This document shows, piece after piece, positions 27,645-38,277 of a DNA stretch of 64,000 bases. The stretch spans positions 32,001 to 96,000 of the forward strand of contig CAXXTB010000002.1 in NCBI GenBank assembly GCA_963676795.2, given 5' to 3'. The stretch's first letter is position 1. Every line of letters starts with the position of its first letter. Position numbers and translations under genes: made by a program. This DNA is from Geopsychrobacteraceae bacterium (lineage in GTDB: Bacteria; Desulfobacterota; Desulfuromonadia; Desulfuromonadales; Geopsychrobacteraceae). The notes beneath the pieces are model-generated. The model was not told the DNA's origin, ran no database searches, and was given only the letters and a program-made list of their open reading frames with translations.

Positions 27645-28658
27645 ATGTCGATTCTGGTGACTGGTGGGGCTGGCTATATCGGTAGCCATACGGTTGTCGA
27701 ACTCTTACAGGCAGGGCAGGACGTTGTCATCGTCGATAACCTGGCTAATTCCAGCGAGTGTGCTCTCGAGCGGGTGCGTTCGATCAGTGGAAAAGATATT
27801 CCTTTCTATCGGGTCGATATCCGTGATGGGCAGGGCTTGAGAGACGTCTTCGCTCGGCACGAGATCGATTCCGTTGTTCATTTCGCCGGCTTGAAGGCTG
27901 TCGGGGAATCGACCCAGATTCCTCTTGCCTACTACGACAACAATATCGGCGGAACTCTTGTCCTGCTGGATGAGATGCGCCGGGCCGGGGTGTTCAGGCT
28001 GGTTTTCAGTTCTTCAGCGACGGTCTACGGGGATCCGGCCAGTGTGCCGATCCGTGAGGACTTCCCGACTTCGGCGACCAATCCCTATGGGCGAACCAAG
28101 TTGATGATCGAGGAGATCCTGCGTGATCTGGCGGTTTCGGATGAGCGCTGGGGGATCGTTCTTTTGCGCTATTTCAACCCGGTCGGAGCGCATAAGTCGG
28201 GTCTGATCGGTGAAGATCCGAAAGGGATCCCGAACAACCTGCTCCCTTACATCAGCCAGGTTGCGGTCGGCCGCCTCAAGGTCCTGTCGGTCTTCGGTGC
28301 TGACTATCCGACCAAAGACGGCACCGGCGTCCGTGACTATATCCATGTTGTTGATCTGGCGCTCGGCCACCTGCGCGCGCTGGAGAGAGTGGCTCAGGAT
28401 CGGGGCGTTTTTACCTACAACCTGGGGACCGGCAACGGTTATTCTGTTCTGGAAATGATCAGGGCCTTTGAACAGGCATCCGGTAAAGATGTGCCATACC
28501 GGATTGCTCCACGCCGCCCCGGTGATATTGCGGAGTGTTTTGCCGATCCTGCCCTGGCTGGGCGGGAGTTGAACTGGAAAGCCGAGCGTGGTCTGGATGA
28601 AATGATGCGTGACAGCTGGAGATGGCAGAGCGGTAATCCGCAGGGGTATGGACCCTGA
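27645..28658 (+). CDS. galE: UDP-glucose 4-epimerase
   Basis: [45 protein letters not shown]. Confidence 0.96.
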   Translation: MSILVTGGAGYIGSHTVVELLQAGQDVVIVDNLANSSECALERVRSISGKDIPFYRVDIRDGQGLRDVFARHEIDSVVHFAGLKAVGESTQIPLAYYDNNIGGTLVLLDEMRRAGVFRLVFSSSATVYGDPASVPIREDFPTSATNPYGRTKLMIEEILRDLAVSDERWGIVLLRYFNPVGAHKSGLIGEDPKGIPNNLLPYISQVAVGRLKVLSVFGADYPTKDGTGVRDYIHVVDLALGHLRALERVAQDRGVFTYNLGTGNGYSVLEMIRAFEQASGKDVPYRIAPRRPGDIAECFADPALAGRELNWKAERGLDEMMRDSWRWQSGNPQGYGP

Positions 28659-28691
28659 GGAAAGTTGTAAGCTGGAAGTCTTAAGTTTTTT

Positions 28692-28795
28692 GCCGCGGAT
28701 AAGATCTGATCGAATCTGATGGGAAAGTCTGGATGCCATTGTGACATACTCAGGCGGTGTGCGATTTATCCGATTGATCAGATTTTATCTGCAGC
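28692..28795. repeat. Imperfect inverted repeat with arms of about 28 bp
   Basis: GCCGCGGATAAGATCTGATCGAATCTGAT (28692-28720) pairs with ATCCGATTGATCAGATTTTATCTGCAGC (28768-28795). Confidence 0.8.
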
Positions 28796-29000
28796 TAAAC
28801 AAGGTGTTTCAGCTGTTGATGTAAATCACGAATCACCCACTTCCTCTTTACAAAACATGCCCCTCTGGCTTATTAAAGTACAAACGAACTGATGGATGTT
28901 GTGATGTTTTTTGCCGCATGAAAACTCCCACCGTTTTTTCATCTCAATCCATCTGCTAATCCATTTTTATCAATCAATGACGATAGTTCCGGGATAACAC

Positions 29001-32000
29001 ATGTCTGAAATGAATGAAGCCGCAATGCCGAGTAAAAGACTCTATATCGACGCCGGGGTTGAACAGATCCTCTGTTGTTTGATATCCGATCAGCAAGCTG
29101 CGCCTGAAAAAGTCTGGTCGTTCCCGGCCAGCGAGGTTTCCGGCCAGAGTTTTGACGATCTTTCTGTCGATTTATCCGTTTATATGACCGGGAAATTCAG
29201 CAAGATCATCAAGCAGAATCTGGGACGTGGTCAGCTGCTGATGCCTCTGGCGGTGCTCTGGGCAGCTGCTGCGGAGCGGGCCCGGGAAGAGCAGAAATCA
29301 GTGGCTGTCCTCGATCTCTCCGCTTCCGGCTATGCCATTGTCGGTGTCGATTCGCGTGGTGAGCTGATCGATGACCTGCTGAAAACCAATCCGCGTTGTG
29401 GATCCGGTGCCGGTATTAATATCGACCGGGTGCTGCGCAAACTGGCAATTGAGCGTTCGGCTGTCGATGGCGTGCTTGGTCAATTCCTCGGCGAAGCTGG
29501 GACAGCTGCGCGTCAGGATATCCCGGTGCGTGCCGACCGTTGTGGCGTTTTTGCCTCCTCGGCGACGATTTCGGACAAGAACCAGGGGATTCCCCTCGAT
29601 TTCGCCCTGGCGACCACCCTCAAGTCTGAGGTGCTCAAGGCCTGCAAGCATGTCGATAACCCCTTTGATCTGGTTATTCTGACCGGCGGGATCTTCCAGT
29701 GGCAGTTCGCCCGCGATTGTGCCAGTGATTATTTTGCCGAGATCGGCTGTAAAGAGATCATTCATGATCAGCAACGGACCATCAAGTTTCCAGGTTTTGC
29801 CAAGTTGATCAACCAGGCGACGGTCGTTCCGGAAGAGATTGTCGCCCGGGCCATGGCTGCTGAGTCTGAACATACCAAGATCTTTCCGTCGTTTCCAAGT
29901 CTGCGCGATAACCTTGAGGCGGCCCGCCTCTATAAGCGCCAGGACGATGTCGTGCTGCCTGCCGCCGATTCACTGCCGGAACTGTTTGACGGAGGTGTCG
30001 TTGTCGGCATAGATGTCGGTTCGACCATGGCCAAGATCGTCATCGGTTCGGCGACCGGTGAACTGCTCTACCGTGCCAGCTACTCGAACTCCGGTGACAC
30101 AGTCGAGACGATCAAGAAGGTTTTCGAAGATCTTAAAACGCGCGGCATCGAGGACCTCAAGGTCTGCCAGATCGGTATCACCGGTAGCGCCCGTTACCAG
30201 ATTCAGCAGGCTCTGACCGCTACCTATCCGCAACTGGCCGACCGGATTCTGGTTCTGGTCGAGAACTACGCCCATGCGCGCGGTTCGGTCCCCGAAGTCC
30301 GCGCCTATCTGGACGAACTGGCCGGGCAGGGGGTGGAGAACCTCAACCGTGACTTCTGCGTGCTGGTCGATGTCGGTGGCGAGGATACCAAGATTTCGAC
30401 CATCGACCTGAAACAGGGGGATCTCTACGACAACGCGATGAACACCAAGTGTTCAGCGGGAACCGGCAGCCTGCTCGATACGCTGGTCGATCTGTTCCGT
30501 CTCGACGGGGTCGGTGAGGCGGTCAAGTTGGCCATGGAAGCGCCTCAGGCCGAGGCGATCAATGCGACCTGCGCGGTCTTTCTGCTCGAACATGCCCGGC
30601 GCCTGCAGGCCGAAGGGCGCGGTCAGGGCTCGATCATCGCCTCGGCCGTCTGGGCGATCGTCGAGAATATGGCGCGTAGCCTGTGGCCGCAGATCTATCT
30701 GCCATCCAACACGGTTGTTCTGCTCCACGGTCAGACCATGCAGAGCGATCCGATGCCGCTGGCGATCAGCCAGCGCCTGCAGACCTTCCTGGATGAGCCG
30801 GCCTACTGTCTGGTTCCGGCGATCCCGGGCCATCGCGCCTGCCATGGCCTGATCCAGACCTGCATTGACCGGACTGAGATCGAGGGCTCTGTGGCCGTGA
30901 GTCTGTCGCACTTCATCGAGCAGCAATTCACCCGCAAGATCATTCATTGCCGCGGTGCGGTTTGTGGCGATCCGGATGCCCATTGCTTCCGTTCCCGGTT
31001 GTCGGCGGAGGACGCCGACGGCAAGCCGTTCGCCATCAGCCTGGGCGGCTGCTCGGCGGTCAACGAGCTACCGAACGTCGACAAGGAGAAGCGCAAGGCC
31101 ACTGTCGACAGTTGCCGGGCTATCTGGCAGTTTCAGATCGATCAGCTGCCGGTTTCGACAGCGGAAAACCGTCTGGTTATTCCCCGTTCCTTTGCCGTTT
31201 CCGAGTGGGCACGCTTTTTCGCTGCCCTGTTCGAGGACTGCGCTATCCCGGTTCATGTCGACCTGCCAAGCGAAGCTGACGTTCTGCGTGGCCAGCCCTA
31301 CTTCCGTATCGACAGCTGCGCCCCGCACATCGGTGTTGTCGGCCAGATTCTGCGTCTCGCCGAAGCGCCGCACGGCATGATCCTGGCGCCGCAGATCGAG
31401 TACCTGCCGCTGGTCGGCAATTCGCTGGGGCGGACCTGTACGATCAACCAGGGGGGCTTCGCGACGGCTCGGGGGGTTGCACTTTCCGAGTTTCCTGACA
31501 GCCGCTTTCATCTGTTTAACGTCGATCTGAAAAATTATGACGAGAAGTCGCTGGCGCATAAGCTGTACAATCGGCTGTTGCCGGTTTACCGGCATTACGG
31601 GGTCGATATGCCTTTCGAGCGCTTTGCCGATCAGGTTCGTATGGCGCTGGGCAAGCAGCAGGAGTACAAACAGAAGACCGCGGACTTTGCTGCCGGTATT
31701 GCCCGGGAGGCGTTGAATAATGGTCAGCAGATCGCTCTGGTCATGGGGCGCGAGTATGTCCTCAACCCGGGGGTCTATGACAGCCATGTCGGGCGGCTGC
31801 TGCGTGACAAGGGGCTGGTCGGCATCCCCAGCTATGTCCTCAATGCGGCTTACAACCCGGATCTGGCCCACTTCTACTGGCGCAATGCTCACCTGGTCGC
31901 CAGCGTTGCTGAGGCGGTTGCCAAGCGTAAGCTGCATGAGATCATCGGCCATCCCGGACTCAAGGAGATTTTTGCCGAGGTCGAGCAGCAGAAGAACCTG

Positions 32001-33674
32001 CTGCCGTTGGTCCACGTTTCGACCTTCCTCTGCGGTCCGGACAGCGTGACCAATCCATTGATTAATGAGGTGATCAAAGAACGACCATTTCTGCGCATCC
32101 AGTCGGACGCCGCGATCAAAGAACTGGCTCACCTGGAGAACCGCATGAACACCTACGTTCACCAGCTGGCCGCCGAAGGGCGTCAGCAGGTGCGCCTGGG
32201 GAATCAGCCATCCTTTGAGGTCCGTCTGCTCGATCCGCTGGAAAACCGCGATGAGCTGGATGCCGAGCGAGATGTCATCTGTTTCCCGACCCTGGCCGAT
32301 AACCGGCCGCTGGTGGCGGTGCTTAAGAGTGCCGGGTTTACCTGTCTGGATAATTACGACGAATATTACGATCTGCAGAATCTCATCGAGCAGGGACGTT
32401 CGGTTGTCGGTGACGGCGTCTGTGCTCCGCTGGCCGCTGTTTACGGTGACGTTCTGGCGGCAATTCAGTCCTTTAACCGTCTGAAGCAGAAGCACCCGGA
32501 CTTCAAGAACAAGAAGCGTCTGTTGATCTTCAACAACAAGGGGCTTGGTCCTTGTCGCCAGGGGCAGTACGTTGAGGTGCACAAGCTGTTCCTCCACCAG
32601 TTCAACGGTATCGGCGACAAGGTCGAGGATCTGGGCGACAACCTGATCCAGTTCCTCGTCTCCTACGAAGACGATGGTTACACCAATGGTTTTCCGCGCT
32701 GGATCTTCCTGCGCGGCGTCCAGGCGCTGATCCTGCAAGGGGTGATGCATCAGGTCCTCGCCGAGGGGTCGGCGCGCTGCCAGGACAACAAAGAGCTGCA
32801 GGCCTTTCTGACCGCTCACAAGGTGCTCTGTGATCGCCTCTCCCATCTGGTTGAAACGCTCCCGGTACCGCCGACTGCGGGGAGTCACGGCCTGATGAAA
32901 CTGTTGACCTTGCCGCAATCGCTCGGTTCGCTGTGGCGCGATCTGTTCCGTCATCCGGCGATGACCGAGTTACGTCATTTCAGCAGTCAGTGGTGCAGCA
33001 AACCGCTGGGCAAGCTGATCCGGATTCACATTGACGGTGAAGCCTACATGCGTGTTGCTCAGTACGAGGAAACCCACCGGGTTCTGCTCAACATCCTCGG
33101 ACCGGGGCGTTTCCACCTGACCCACACTCCGCTCTGGGGCTATCTGGAATACAAACTGGCCTGGACCATGGTCAAGGCGAAGGAGGCGATCGCTGAGGCC
33201 AAGGCCGAACTGGCGCGTGGTGGCAGCCTCGAATTCACCCGCCAGCGCAAGGAGAGAATCAAGCTTAAGCGCAAAGCCTATATCCGTGCCAAAGGGATCC
33301 AGCTGCTGTTGCGCAAGGTGATGGCCGGTCCTTTCTACAAGGCTGCCGGCTTGCCGCTACCTGAGCCTATGCCGGAGATTCTGGAAACGGCGGAACGGGT
33401 CATCAAGACCAAGCGGCCGGGTGGTGAGCTGGTCCCTTATCTGGGTGAAGCTCTGCTGAAACTTGAGAAGGGCTATGAGCTGATCCTGAACATCGCTCCT
33501 GAGGGCTGTATGGTCTCATCGATGGGCGAGGTCATCACGCCTGCGCTTTACCAGGTTGCTCCCGGTTTCAAAGGAAAGATCCAGCCGTTGTTCTCCCAGC
33601 AGGGGGATATTGATGAAGAGAAACTGGGGCAGGCGATCCTTCAGGCTCTCGGGCCGGATCGGCTTTATCTGTAA
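29001..33674 (+). CDS. CoA-substrate-specific enzyme activase family protein (two BadF/BcrA-type ASKHA modules plus 2-hydroxyacyl-CoA dehydratase-like C-terminal domains)
   Basis: GIDVGSTMAK, ITGSAR, DVGGEDTK, NTKCSAGTGS, CAVF; first module NPRCGSGAG / RCGVFA; C-terminal FLCGPD, GPCRQGQY, P.GCM. Confidence 0.8.
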   Translation: MSEMNEAAMPSKRLYIDAGVEQILCCLISDQQAAPEKVWSFPASEVSGQSFDDLSVDLSVYMTGKFSKIIKQNLGRGQLLMPLAVLWAAAAERAREEQKSVAVLDLSASGYAIVGVDSRGELIDDLLKTNPRCGSGAGINIDRVLRKLAIERSAVDGVLGQFLGEAGTAARQDIPVRADRCGVFASSATISDKNQGIPLDFALATTLKSEVLKACKHVDNPFDLVILTGGIFQWQFARDCASDYFAEIGCKEIIHDQQRTIKFPGFAKLINQATVVPEEIVARAMAAESEHTKIFPSFPSLRDNLEAARLYKRQDDVVLPAADSLPELFDGGVVVGIDVGSTMAKIVIGSATGELLYRASYSNSGDTVETIKKVFEDLKTRGIEDLKVCQIGITGSARYQIQQALTATYPQLADRILVLVENYAHARGSVPEVRAYLDELAGQGVENLNRDFCVLVDVGGEDTKISTIDLKQGDLYDNAMNTKCSAGTGSLLDTLVDLFRLDGVGEAVKLAMEAPQAEAINATCAVFLLEHARRLQAEGRGQGSIIASAVWAIVENMARSLWPQIYLPSNTVVLLHGQTMQSDPMPLAISQRLQTFLDEPAYCLVPAIPGHRACHGLIQTCIDRTEIEGSVAVSLSHFIEQQFTRKIIHCRGAVCGDPDAHCFRSRLSAEDADGKPFAISLGGCSAVNELPNVDKEKRKATVDSCRAIWQFQIDQLPVSTAENRLVIPRSFAVSEWARFFAALFEDCAIPVHVDLPSEADVLRGQPYFRIDSCAPHIGVVGQILRLAEAPHGMILAPQIEYLPLVGNSLGRTCTINQGGFATARGVALSEFPDSRFHLFNVDLKNYDEKSLAHKLYNRLLPVYRHYGVDMPFERFADQVRMALGKQQEYKQKTADFAAGIAREALNNGQQIALVMGREYVLNPGVYDSHVGRLLRDKGLVGIPSYVLNAAYNPDLAHFYWRNAHLVASVAEAVAKRKLHEIIGHPGLKEIFAEVEQQKNLLPLVHVSTFLCGPDSVTNPLINEVIKERPFLRIQSDAAIKELAHLENRMNTYVHQLAAEGRQQVRLGNQPSFEVRLLDPLENRDELDAERDVICFPTLADNRPLVAVLKSAGFTCLDNYDEYYDLQNLIEQGRSVVGDGVCAPLAAVYGDVLAAIQSFNRLKQKHPDFKNKKRLLIFNNKGLGPCRQGQYVEVHKLFLHQFNGIGDKVEDLGDNLIQFLVSYEDDGYTNGFPRWIFLRGVQALILQGVMHQVLAEGSARCQDNKELQAFLTAHKVLCDRLSHLVETLPVPPTAGSHGLMKLLTLPQSLGSLWRDLFRHPAMTELRHFSSQWCSKPLGKLIRIHIDGEAYMRVAQYEETHRVLLNILGPGRFHLTHTPLWGYLEYKLAWTMVKAKEAIAEAKAELARGGSLEFTRQRKERIKLKRKAYIRAKGIQLLLRKVMAGPFYKAAGLPLPEPMPEILETAERVIKTKRPGGELVPYLGEALLKLEKGYELILNIAPEGCMVSSMGEVITPALYQVAPGFKGKIQPLFSQQGDIDEEKLGQAILQALGPDRLYL

Positions 33675-33705
33675 TCTGTTGGCAGCGCAGGCTGTCGTCT
33701 GTTTT

Positions 33706-33742
33706 CTGCCCAGCCAAGTTGTTCCTGGCTGGGCAGTTTCTT
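33706..33742 (+). terminator. Probable intrinsic terminator
   Basis: 11-bp stem CTGCCCAGCCA/TGGCTGGGCAG followed by TTTCTT, just after the 33674 stop. Confidence 0.6.
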
Positions 33743-34022
33743 ATCTTTCGCGGTGCTGGCGTACATGACAGACGCCGCAAAATTATCTCCGGGAACAAGA
33801 TCTGTATAGCTGTCAGCAAGCCATGATTCCAAAGCCCTGAAGCGGTCTTTTTCTCCACGCCGCGGTCCGGGCATTCGATCTAAGGTCGAGGCACGATCGA
33901 CTGGGGCTCCATAGTTCATATTCAGTTCTGAATGACGTTTGAAATATTTTTCATTCCGTCCACTTTTGCGCTCTCAGACCCGTTGCGGATTGTTTGTTTT
34001 TTGTTAATTTTAAATATGTCAT

Positions 34023-34095
34023 GTCCAAATATTGACACATTATAGTGTTCATATTATTCTCGCTTCACAAAATGAATTATCGTCAAAATGTCGAC
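34023..34095. promoter_or_regulatory. Two GTC-N8-GAC palindromic boxes (FleQ-box-like)
   Basis: GTCCAAATATTGAC (34023-34036) and GTCAAAATGTCGAC (34082-34095), upstream of the sigma54 activator gene. Confidence 0.5.
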
Positions 34096-34117
34096 ATTGG
34101 AAAGAACGGGTTAAGGT

Positions 34118-35164
34118 ATGACCACAGAGAGTGGCTTGGGCGGAATGATCGGGAAGTCGGAACAGATGCGGGAGCTGTTTGATCTGATTACCTGTGTTGC
34201 CGAGGAAGGTGACAGTACGGTTCTGATCCAGGGGGAAAGCGGGACCGGTAAAGAGTTGATCGCCAGGGCGATCCATCAGAACAGCCCGCGTCGTTCGGGG
34301 CATTTTGTTCCGGTCAATTGTGCTGCTATTCCGGATGAATTGCTCGAAAGTGAGCTCTTCGGCCACGTTAAGGGGGCATTTACCGGAGCCCAGCAGACGA
34401 AGATCGGGCGTATCCAGTTCGCCGATGGCGGGACGCTGTTTCTTGACGAAATCGGTGATATGAAGCCGATTCTGCAGGCCAAGCTGCTCCGTGTTCTGCA
34501 GGAGCGCGAAGTCGAGCAGGTCGGTGGTGTCAAGCCGACCAAGGTCAATGTCCGGGTTATCGCGGCCACCCATCAGAATCTGGAAGCTCTGGTGGCTGAA
34601 GGTCGTTTCCGCGAAGATCTCTATTACCGCCTGGCGGTTATCCCCCTGCTGGCTCCGCCTCTGCGTGAACGTCGTGAGGATATCGCACTGCTGATCGATC
34701 TGTTTATCGAGCGTTTCAGCCGGCGCAAGACGGACCGCAGGACCGTCATCGAGCCGCTGGCCATGCGCAGCCTTGAAGCCTACGACTGGCCGGGCAATGT
34801 CCGTGAGCTGGAAAACCTGATTCAGCGGCTGGTCATTCTCCATCGGGGTAAAAAGATCTCCATGAAAGAGCTGCCCGACAAGTATTGCTGTTCTGGGCTT
34901 GTCGAAGAGCTACCGCTTGAAGATCTTCCCGCAGAGCGTTCTCAGGGGGAAACTGTCCGGGGTGTGGTGAAGATCGAACCACCGGAAATCGTCTGGCAGG
35001 AATGCGGCCTCGATTTCAATCAGCTGATCAGTGAATTTGAGGATCGCCTGATCATGGAGGCGTTGAAAAAAACAGATGGTAACAAGAAAGAGGCTGCCTG
35101 TCTGCTGAATCTGAAAAGAACAACGCTGATCGAGAAGATCAAAAAGAAAAACCTGCCCGTTTAG
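34118..35164 (+). CDS. Sigma54-dependent enhancer-binding protein (AAA+ plus Fis HTH) with no N-terminal sensor domain; FleQ/FlrA-like
   Basis: [37 protein letters not shown]-terminal [14 protein letters not shown]. Confidence 0.92.
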   Translation: MTTESGLGGMIGKSEQMRELFDLITCVAEEGDSTVLIQGESGTGKELIARAIHQNSPRRSGHFVPVNCAAIPDELLESELFGHVKGAFTGAQQTKIGRIQFADGGTLFLDEIGDMKPILQAKLLRVLQEREVEQVGGVKPTKVNVRVIAATHQNLEALVAEGRFREDLYYRLAVIPLLAPPLRERREDIALLIDLFIERFSRRKTDRRTVIEPLAMRSLEAYDWPGNVRELENLIQRLVILHRGKKISMKELPDKYCCSGLVEELPLEDLPAERSQGETVRGVVKIEPPEIVWQECGLDFNQLISEFEDRLIMEALKKTDGNKKEAACLLNLKRTTLIEKIKKKNLPV

Positions 35165-35296
35165 GTAGTCTGTTTCGCTGAAAGCGCGTCTACGCATTGC
35201 CGCACTGAATGAGGGTGTTTTTATGTCTTAGAAATATCATTAAAACTATTCATGTGCTAGGATTCCTTTGGGATTTTGATTTGGCAGTGGAGTGGT

Positions 35297-36367
35297 ATGG
35301 GGACTGCAAAAAAACACAAATATTTTGATCACTACAGGAACGAGCTGGTCCAGTGTTATCTGCGTACCGGTTTTACGCTGTTCTGTTTTGCCTCGCTGTT
35401 TATTTATCAGCAGGTCTATCATGTCGAATTGTGGTCTTCGGCACGCTTCATGGGGCTGTTTCTGCTCTGGATCCTGGTTTACTATCTGTTTATAAGGGCT
35501 TTCCCGCGGTTTTATGCAAAGCAGCGCATCCTCTTCGTCATGGTTGTCGATATCCTGGCGACGGCGTGGTGCATGTACATTTCCGCTGAGCTGTCCGCAC
35601 TGGTTGTTTCGACCTTTATCTGGTACATCCTCGGTTATGGCATGCGCTTTGGCTACAAGTATGCTCTGACCGGTGGGCTGCTGAGTGTCTGTTCCTTTCT
35701 GACCCTGGCGATTTCTTCCGATTACTGGCGAGCCAATCCGATCGTCGTATTGGGTTGGGTCCTTGCGTTTGTCGCCATCCCTGCCTACAGTTTTGCTCTG
35801 GTCAAGCGTTTGCATATTTCTTTGCATGAGCTGAACCGGGCCCTGGACCAGACTGAACAGCTGGCCAGGTATGACAGCCTGACACAACTCTATAATCGGC
35901 ACTATCTTTCTCAGCTGACTGAACGGATGCAGCGCAGTTATTCTCAACTGGCGATCCTGCTGGTCGATCTGGATGGTTTCAAGCAGATCAATGACAATTA
36001 CGGTCATGCTGTGGGAGATCAGGTCCTGGTCGAGGTTGCAACCCGACTGAAAAGCTTCTGCTGTGAAAACTGCGTGGTCGGACGGCTTGGCGGGGATGAG
36101 TTTATGGTTGCCGTTGGTGATTTTGAGGAACGGGACGCAGTTGTCGCCTTTGCTGAAAAGCTGCTTGCTGCGATAGGGGATGTTGGTGAAAGGTTCATGG
36201 GGCTGTCCGCGAGTATCGGGATCAGCTTTTATCCCGACGACTCGGCGGACCTGTCGCAGGTCAAAAGAAACGCCGATATTGCCATGTATCAGGTCAAACG
36301 CAGCGGTAAAAACTGTGTTTATATCTATTCAGAGCGCTTGCCACAGGCTCTTGGCGGGATGGTCTGA
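35297..36367 (+). CDS. Membrane-bound diguanylate cyclase
   Basis: Several N-terminal TM helices; DSLTQLYNR, DLDGFKQINDNYGHAVGD, RLGGDEF. Confidence 0.9.
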   Translation: MGTAKKHKYFDHYRNELVQCYLRTGFTLFCFASLFIYQQVYHVELWSSARFMGLFLLWILVYYLFIRAFPRFYAKQRILFVMVVDILATAWCMYISAELSALVVSTFIWYILGYGMRFGYKYALTGGLLSVCSFLTLAISSDYWRANPIVVLGWVLAFVAIPAYSFALVKRLHISLHELNRALDQTEQLARYDSLTQLYNRHYLSQLTERMQRSYSQLAILLVDLDGFKQINDNYGHAVGDQVLVEVATRLKSFCCENCVVGRLGGDEFMVAVGDFEERDAVVAFAEKLLAAIGDVGERFMGLSASIGISFYPDDSADLSQVKRNADIAMYQVKRSGKNCVYIYSERLPQALGGMV

Positions 36368-36377
36368 ACGATCTTTC

Positions 36378-38258
36378 TCAGCTCGCTTTTTTCAAGTGCT
36401 GTGAGACCTTGTTCTGTATTTCGGTGCTGGTCGCCGGAAGAACCAGGATATCTTTGGCGCCGTATTTCACCGCCCGCAAAACAGCGGACCTGGTCCAGTC
36501 CGGGCCGGCAAAGATCAGAGGCGGAAGCTTCTGCCCGGATGACTGCAGTTTGATTGCCGCGGCAAATCCCTTTTCACCGACCTGGGCCATAAGCAGGAAA
36601 ATTCCGACGATCTGATGCTGTTGAAAGAGCGGCCTGATCTCATCTTGATAGCTGAGAACCTTGCAGGTATAACCGGCGGAGGTCAGGATCTCTGAAAATG
36701 GTCGGGCATTGTCCTGTTGATCCGAAATGACCAGAACCAATGGTTTTTTGACTTCGGCTGTTGCTGCTGACGGCTTTTCAAGTGGAGGTCCGCCCCATTC
36801 GCCTGGTGCAGGCTCGCTCGCCTCGGGGACTTCTCCCCAGTCGTCAGTGGTTGCTGTACTTGCTGTTTCTGCCGGGAGGCCACCCCATTCGCCGGGCGCG
36901 GGCTGATCCCCTTTGGCGCTTTGCTCCGTCTTTTGCTTCTGCTCAACGGCATGTCCTTCCAGTCCAAAGATTTCGGCGGGAAAGATCAGATGCGCCCTGT
37001 GCAGCTCAAACTCCTCCATTCCCAGCGCGAAACTGGCAAGGTAATAGTCGCCTTCAGGGAAAGGGGCATCCGCTGCCATATCGAGCTTGGTTGGAATGAT
37101 GGTCTCGGTGTCGGTCTTGATGTAGCGGATCTGCTTCGGATAGCGGTCCAGAAAGAGCTGGGTGAGTCCCCCCGAAACGATGTTGGCGATTTCACCGAAG
37201 GCATCTGCAACCTCGCCTTCCAGCTTTCCGCTCTTGCTCTGCTCTACAATTTCATCGTCAGGCAGCATGATCAGTGTGCCGCCCAAGATCACGGCATCCG
37301 GAACCTCGACGCACAGAAAGCCGAGCCCTTCGCGTTCACCGGTCACCTTCATGTGGGTCAGGACCGATTTCTCCATACAGTAACTGGAGAAGAACTCAGC
37401 CTTGCTGGTGACCAGCAGTTTCAGATCGCTGCATTTGAGCGTCTGTCCGAGCAGTGCGCCGACCTCATCACCAAGCTGATTGACAACCGAGGTAAAGACC
37501 ACATCGGTCAGTTTCTTGGCTTCGCTGAAGGACGGGCGTTTGGGGGGCGGAGGGGCAGGTGCTGTTGCGGTTGCCTCCGCTGGTTGTTCGGCCGGTGAGG
37601 GCTCCTGCGCTGCAGGCTCGGCTAGAGGCTCGGGCTGCACCTCTGCAGCCGCCTGGGCTGGCTGTTCTTCAATGACATCCTCTTCAAGGCCGAAGATGCT
37701 GGCGGGAACGACAAATTCGAGGTTGCCCAGATCCTGATCCGCGAGCTTCAGGGAACATTTGGTCAGATAGTAATTGCCGGCCGGGAAGGGGGCATCGCTG
37801 TCAACATCGATTTTTGTCGGTATCAGATCTTCGACAGATTTTTTGATAAAGCGCAGGTTGTCTTTGTACTTATCGACAAAGACCTGGGTGAAGACACCGG
37901 CGATGATATTGGCAATCTCACCGAAGGCATCCTGTATCTCGCCGTCGATCTTTTCATCGGCGGCCTGCTCTTCGATGATATCGTCGGGCAGCATGATCAG
38001 GGTGCCGCCAAGGATCGCCGCGCTGGCAACAGGGATGAGGAGGTAGCAGTGCCCTTCACGGTCACCGCTGACGGTCATACGGGTGAGGGTGGTTTTTTTT
38101 CTGGCGGGATCGGCAAACAGTTGGGCCTTGCTGACGATATCGACCTGGGCGGCACCACAGGTCAGCTCCTGGCCGAGAAGCGCACCGACCTCGCCACCCA
38201 GGTTCGTGATACCTGCTTTGCAGATGACATCAATAATAGCCCGCTGATCCAAAATCAA
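36378..38258 (-). CDS. Protein with two CheC/CheX-like phosphatase domains and a C-terminal degenerate receiver domain
   Basis: Internal duplication with DAFGEIANI twice; Pro/Ala-rich linkers; C-terminal LVLVISD...AVKYGAKDILVLP. Confidence 0.7.
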   Translation of the reverse strand: MILDQRAIIDVICKAGITNLGGEVGALLGQELTCGAAQVDIVSKAQLFADPARKKTTLTRMTVSGDREGHCYLLIPVASAAILGGTLIMLPDDIIEEQAADEKIDGEIQDAFGEIANIIAGVFTQVFVDKYKDNLRFIKKSVEDLIPTKIDVDSDAPFPAGNYYLTKCSLKLADQDLGNLEFVVPASIFGLEEDVIEEQPAQAAAEVQPEPLAEPAAQEPSPAEQPAEATATAPAPPPPKRPSFSEAKKLTDVVFTSVVNQLGDEVGALLGQTLKCSDLKLLVTSKAEFFSSYCMEKSVLTHMKVTGEREGLGFLCVEVPDAVILGGTLIMLPDDEIVEQSKSGKLEGEVADAFGEIANIVSGGLTQLFLDRYPKQIRYIKTDTETIIPTKLDMAADAPFPEGDYYLASFALGMEEFELHRAHLIFPAEIFGLEGHAVEQKQKTEQSAKGDQPAPGEWGGLPAETASTATTDDWGEVPEASEPAPGEWGGPPLEKPSAATAEVKKPLVLVISDQQDNARPFSEILTSAGYTCKVLSYQDEIRPLFQQHQIVGIFLLMAQVGEKGFAAAIKLQSSGQKLPPLIFAGPDWTRSAVLRAVKYGAKDILVLPATSTEIQNKVSQHLKKAS

Positions 38259-38277
38259 CCCCTATGTTATGGCGGGG

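Noticed and set aside
31068..32954. 628-aa minus-strand ORF, and similar long antisense ORFs at 44700-45980, 53606-55315 and 60793-62280
   Set aside because: Shadow ORFs opposite well-supported genes in GC-rich DNA, with no recognisable motifs.
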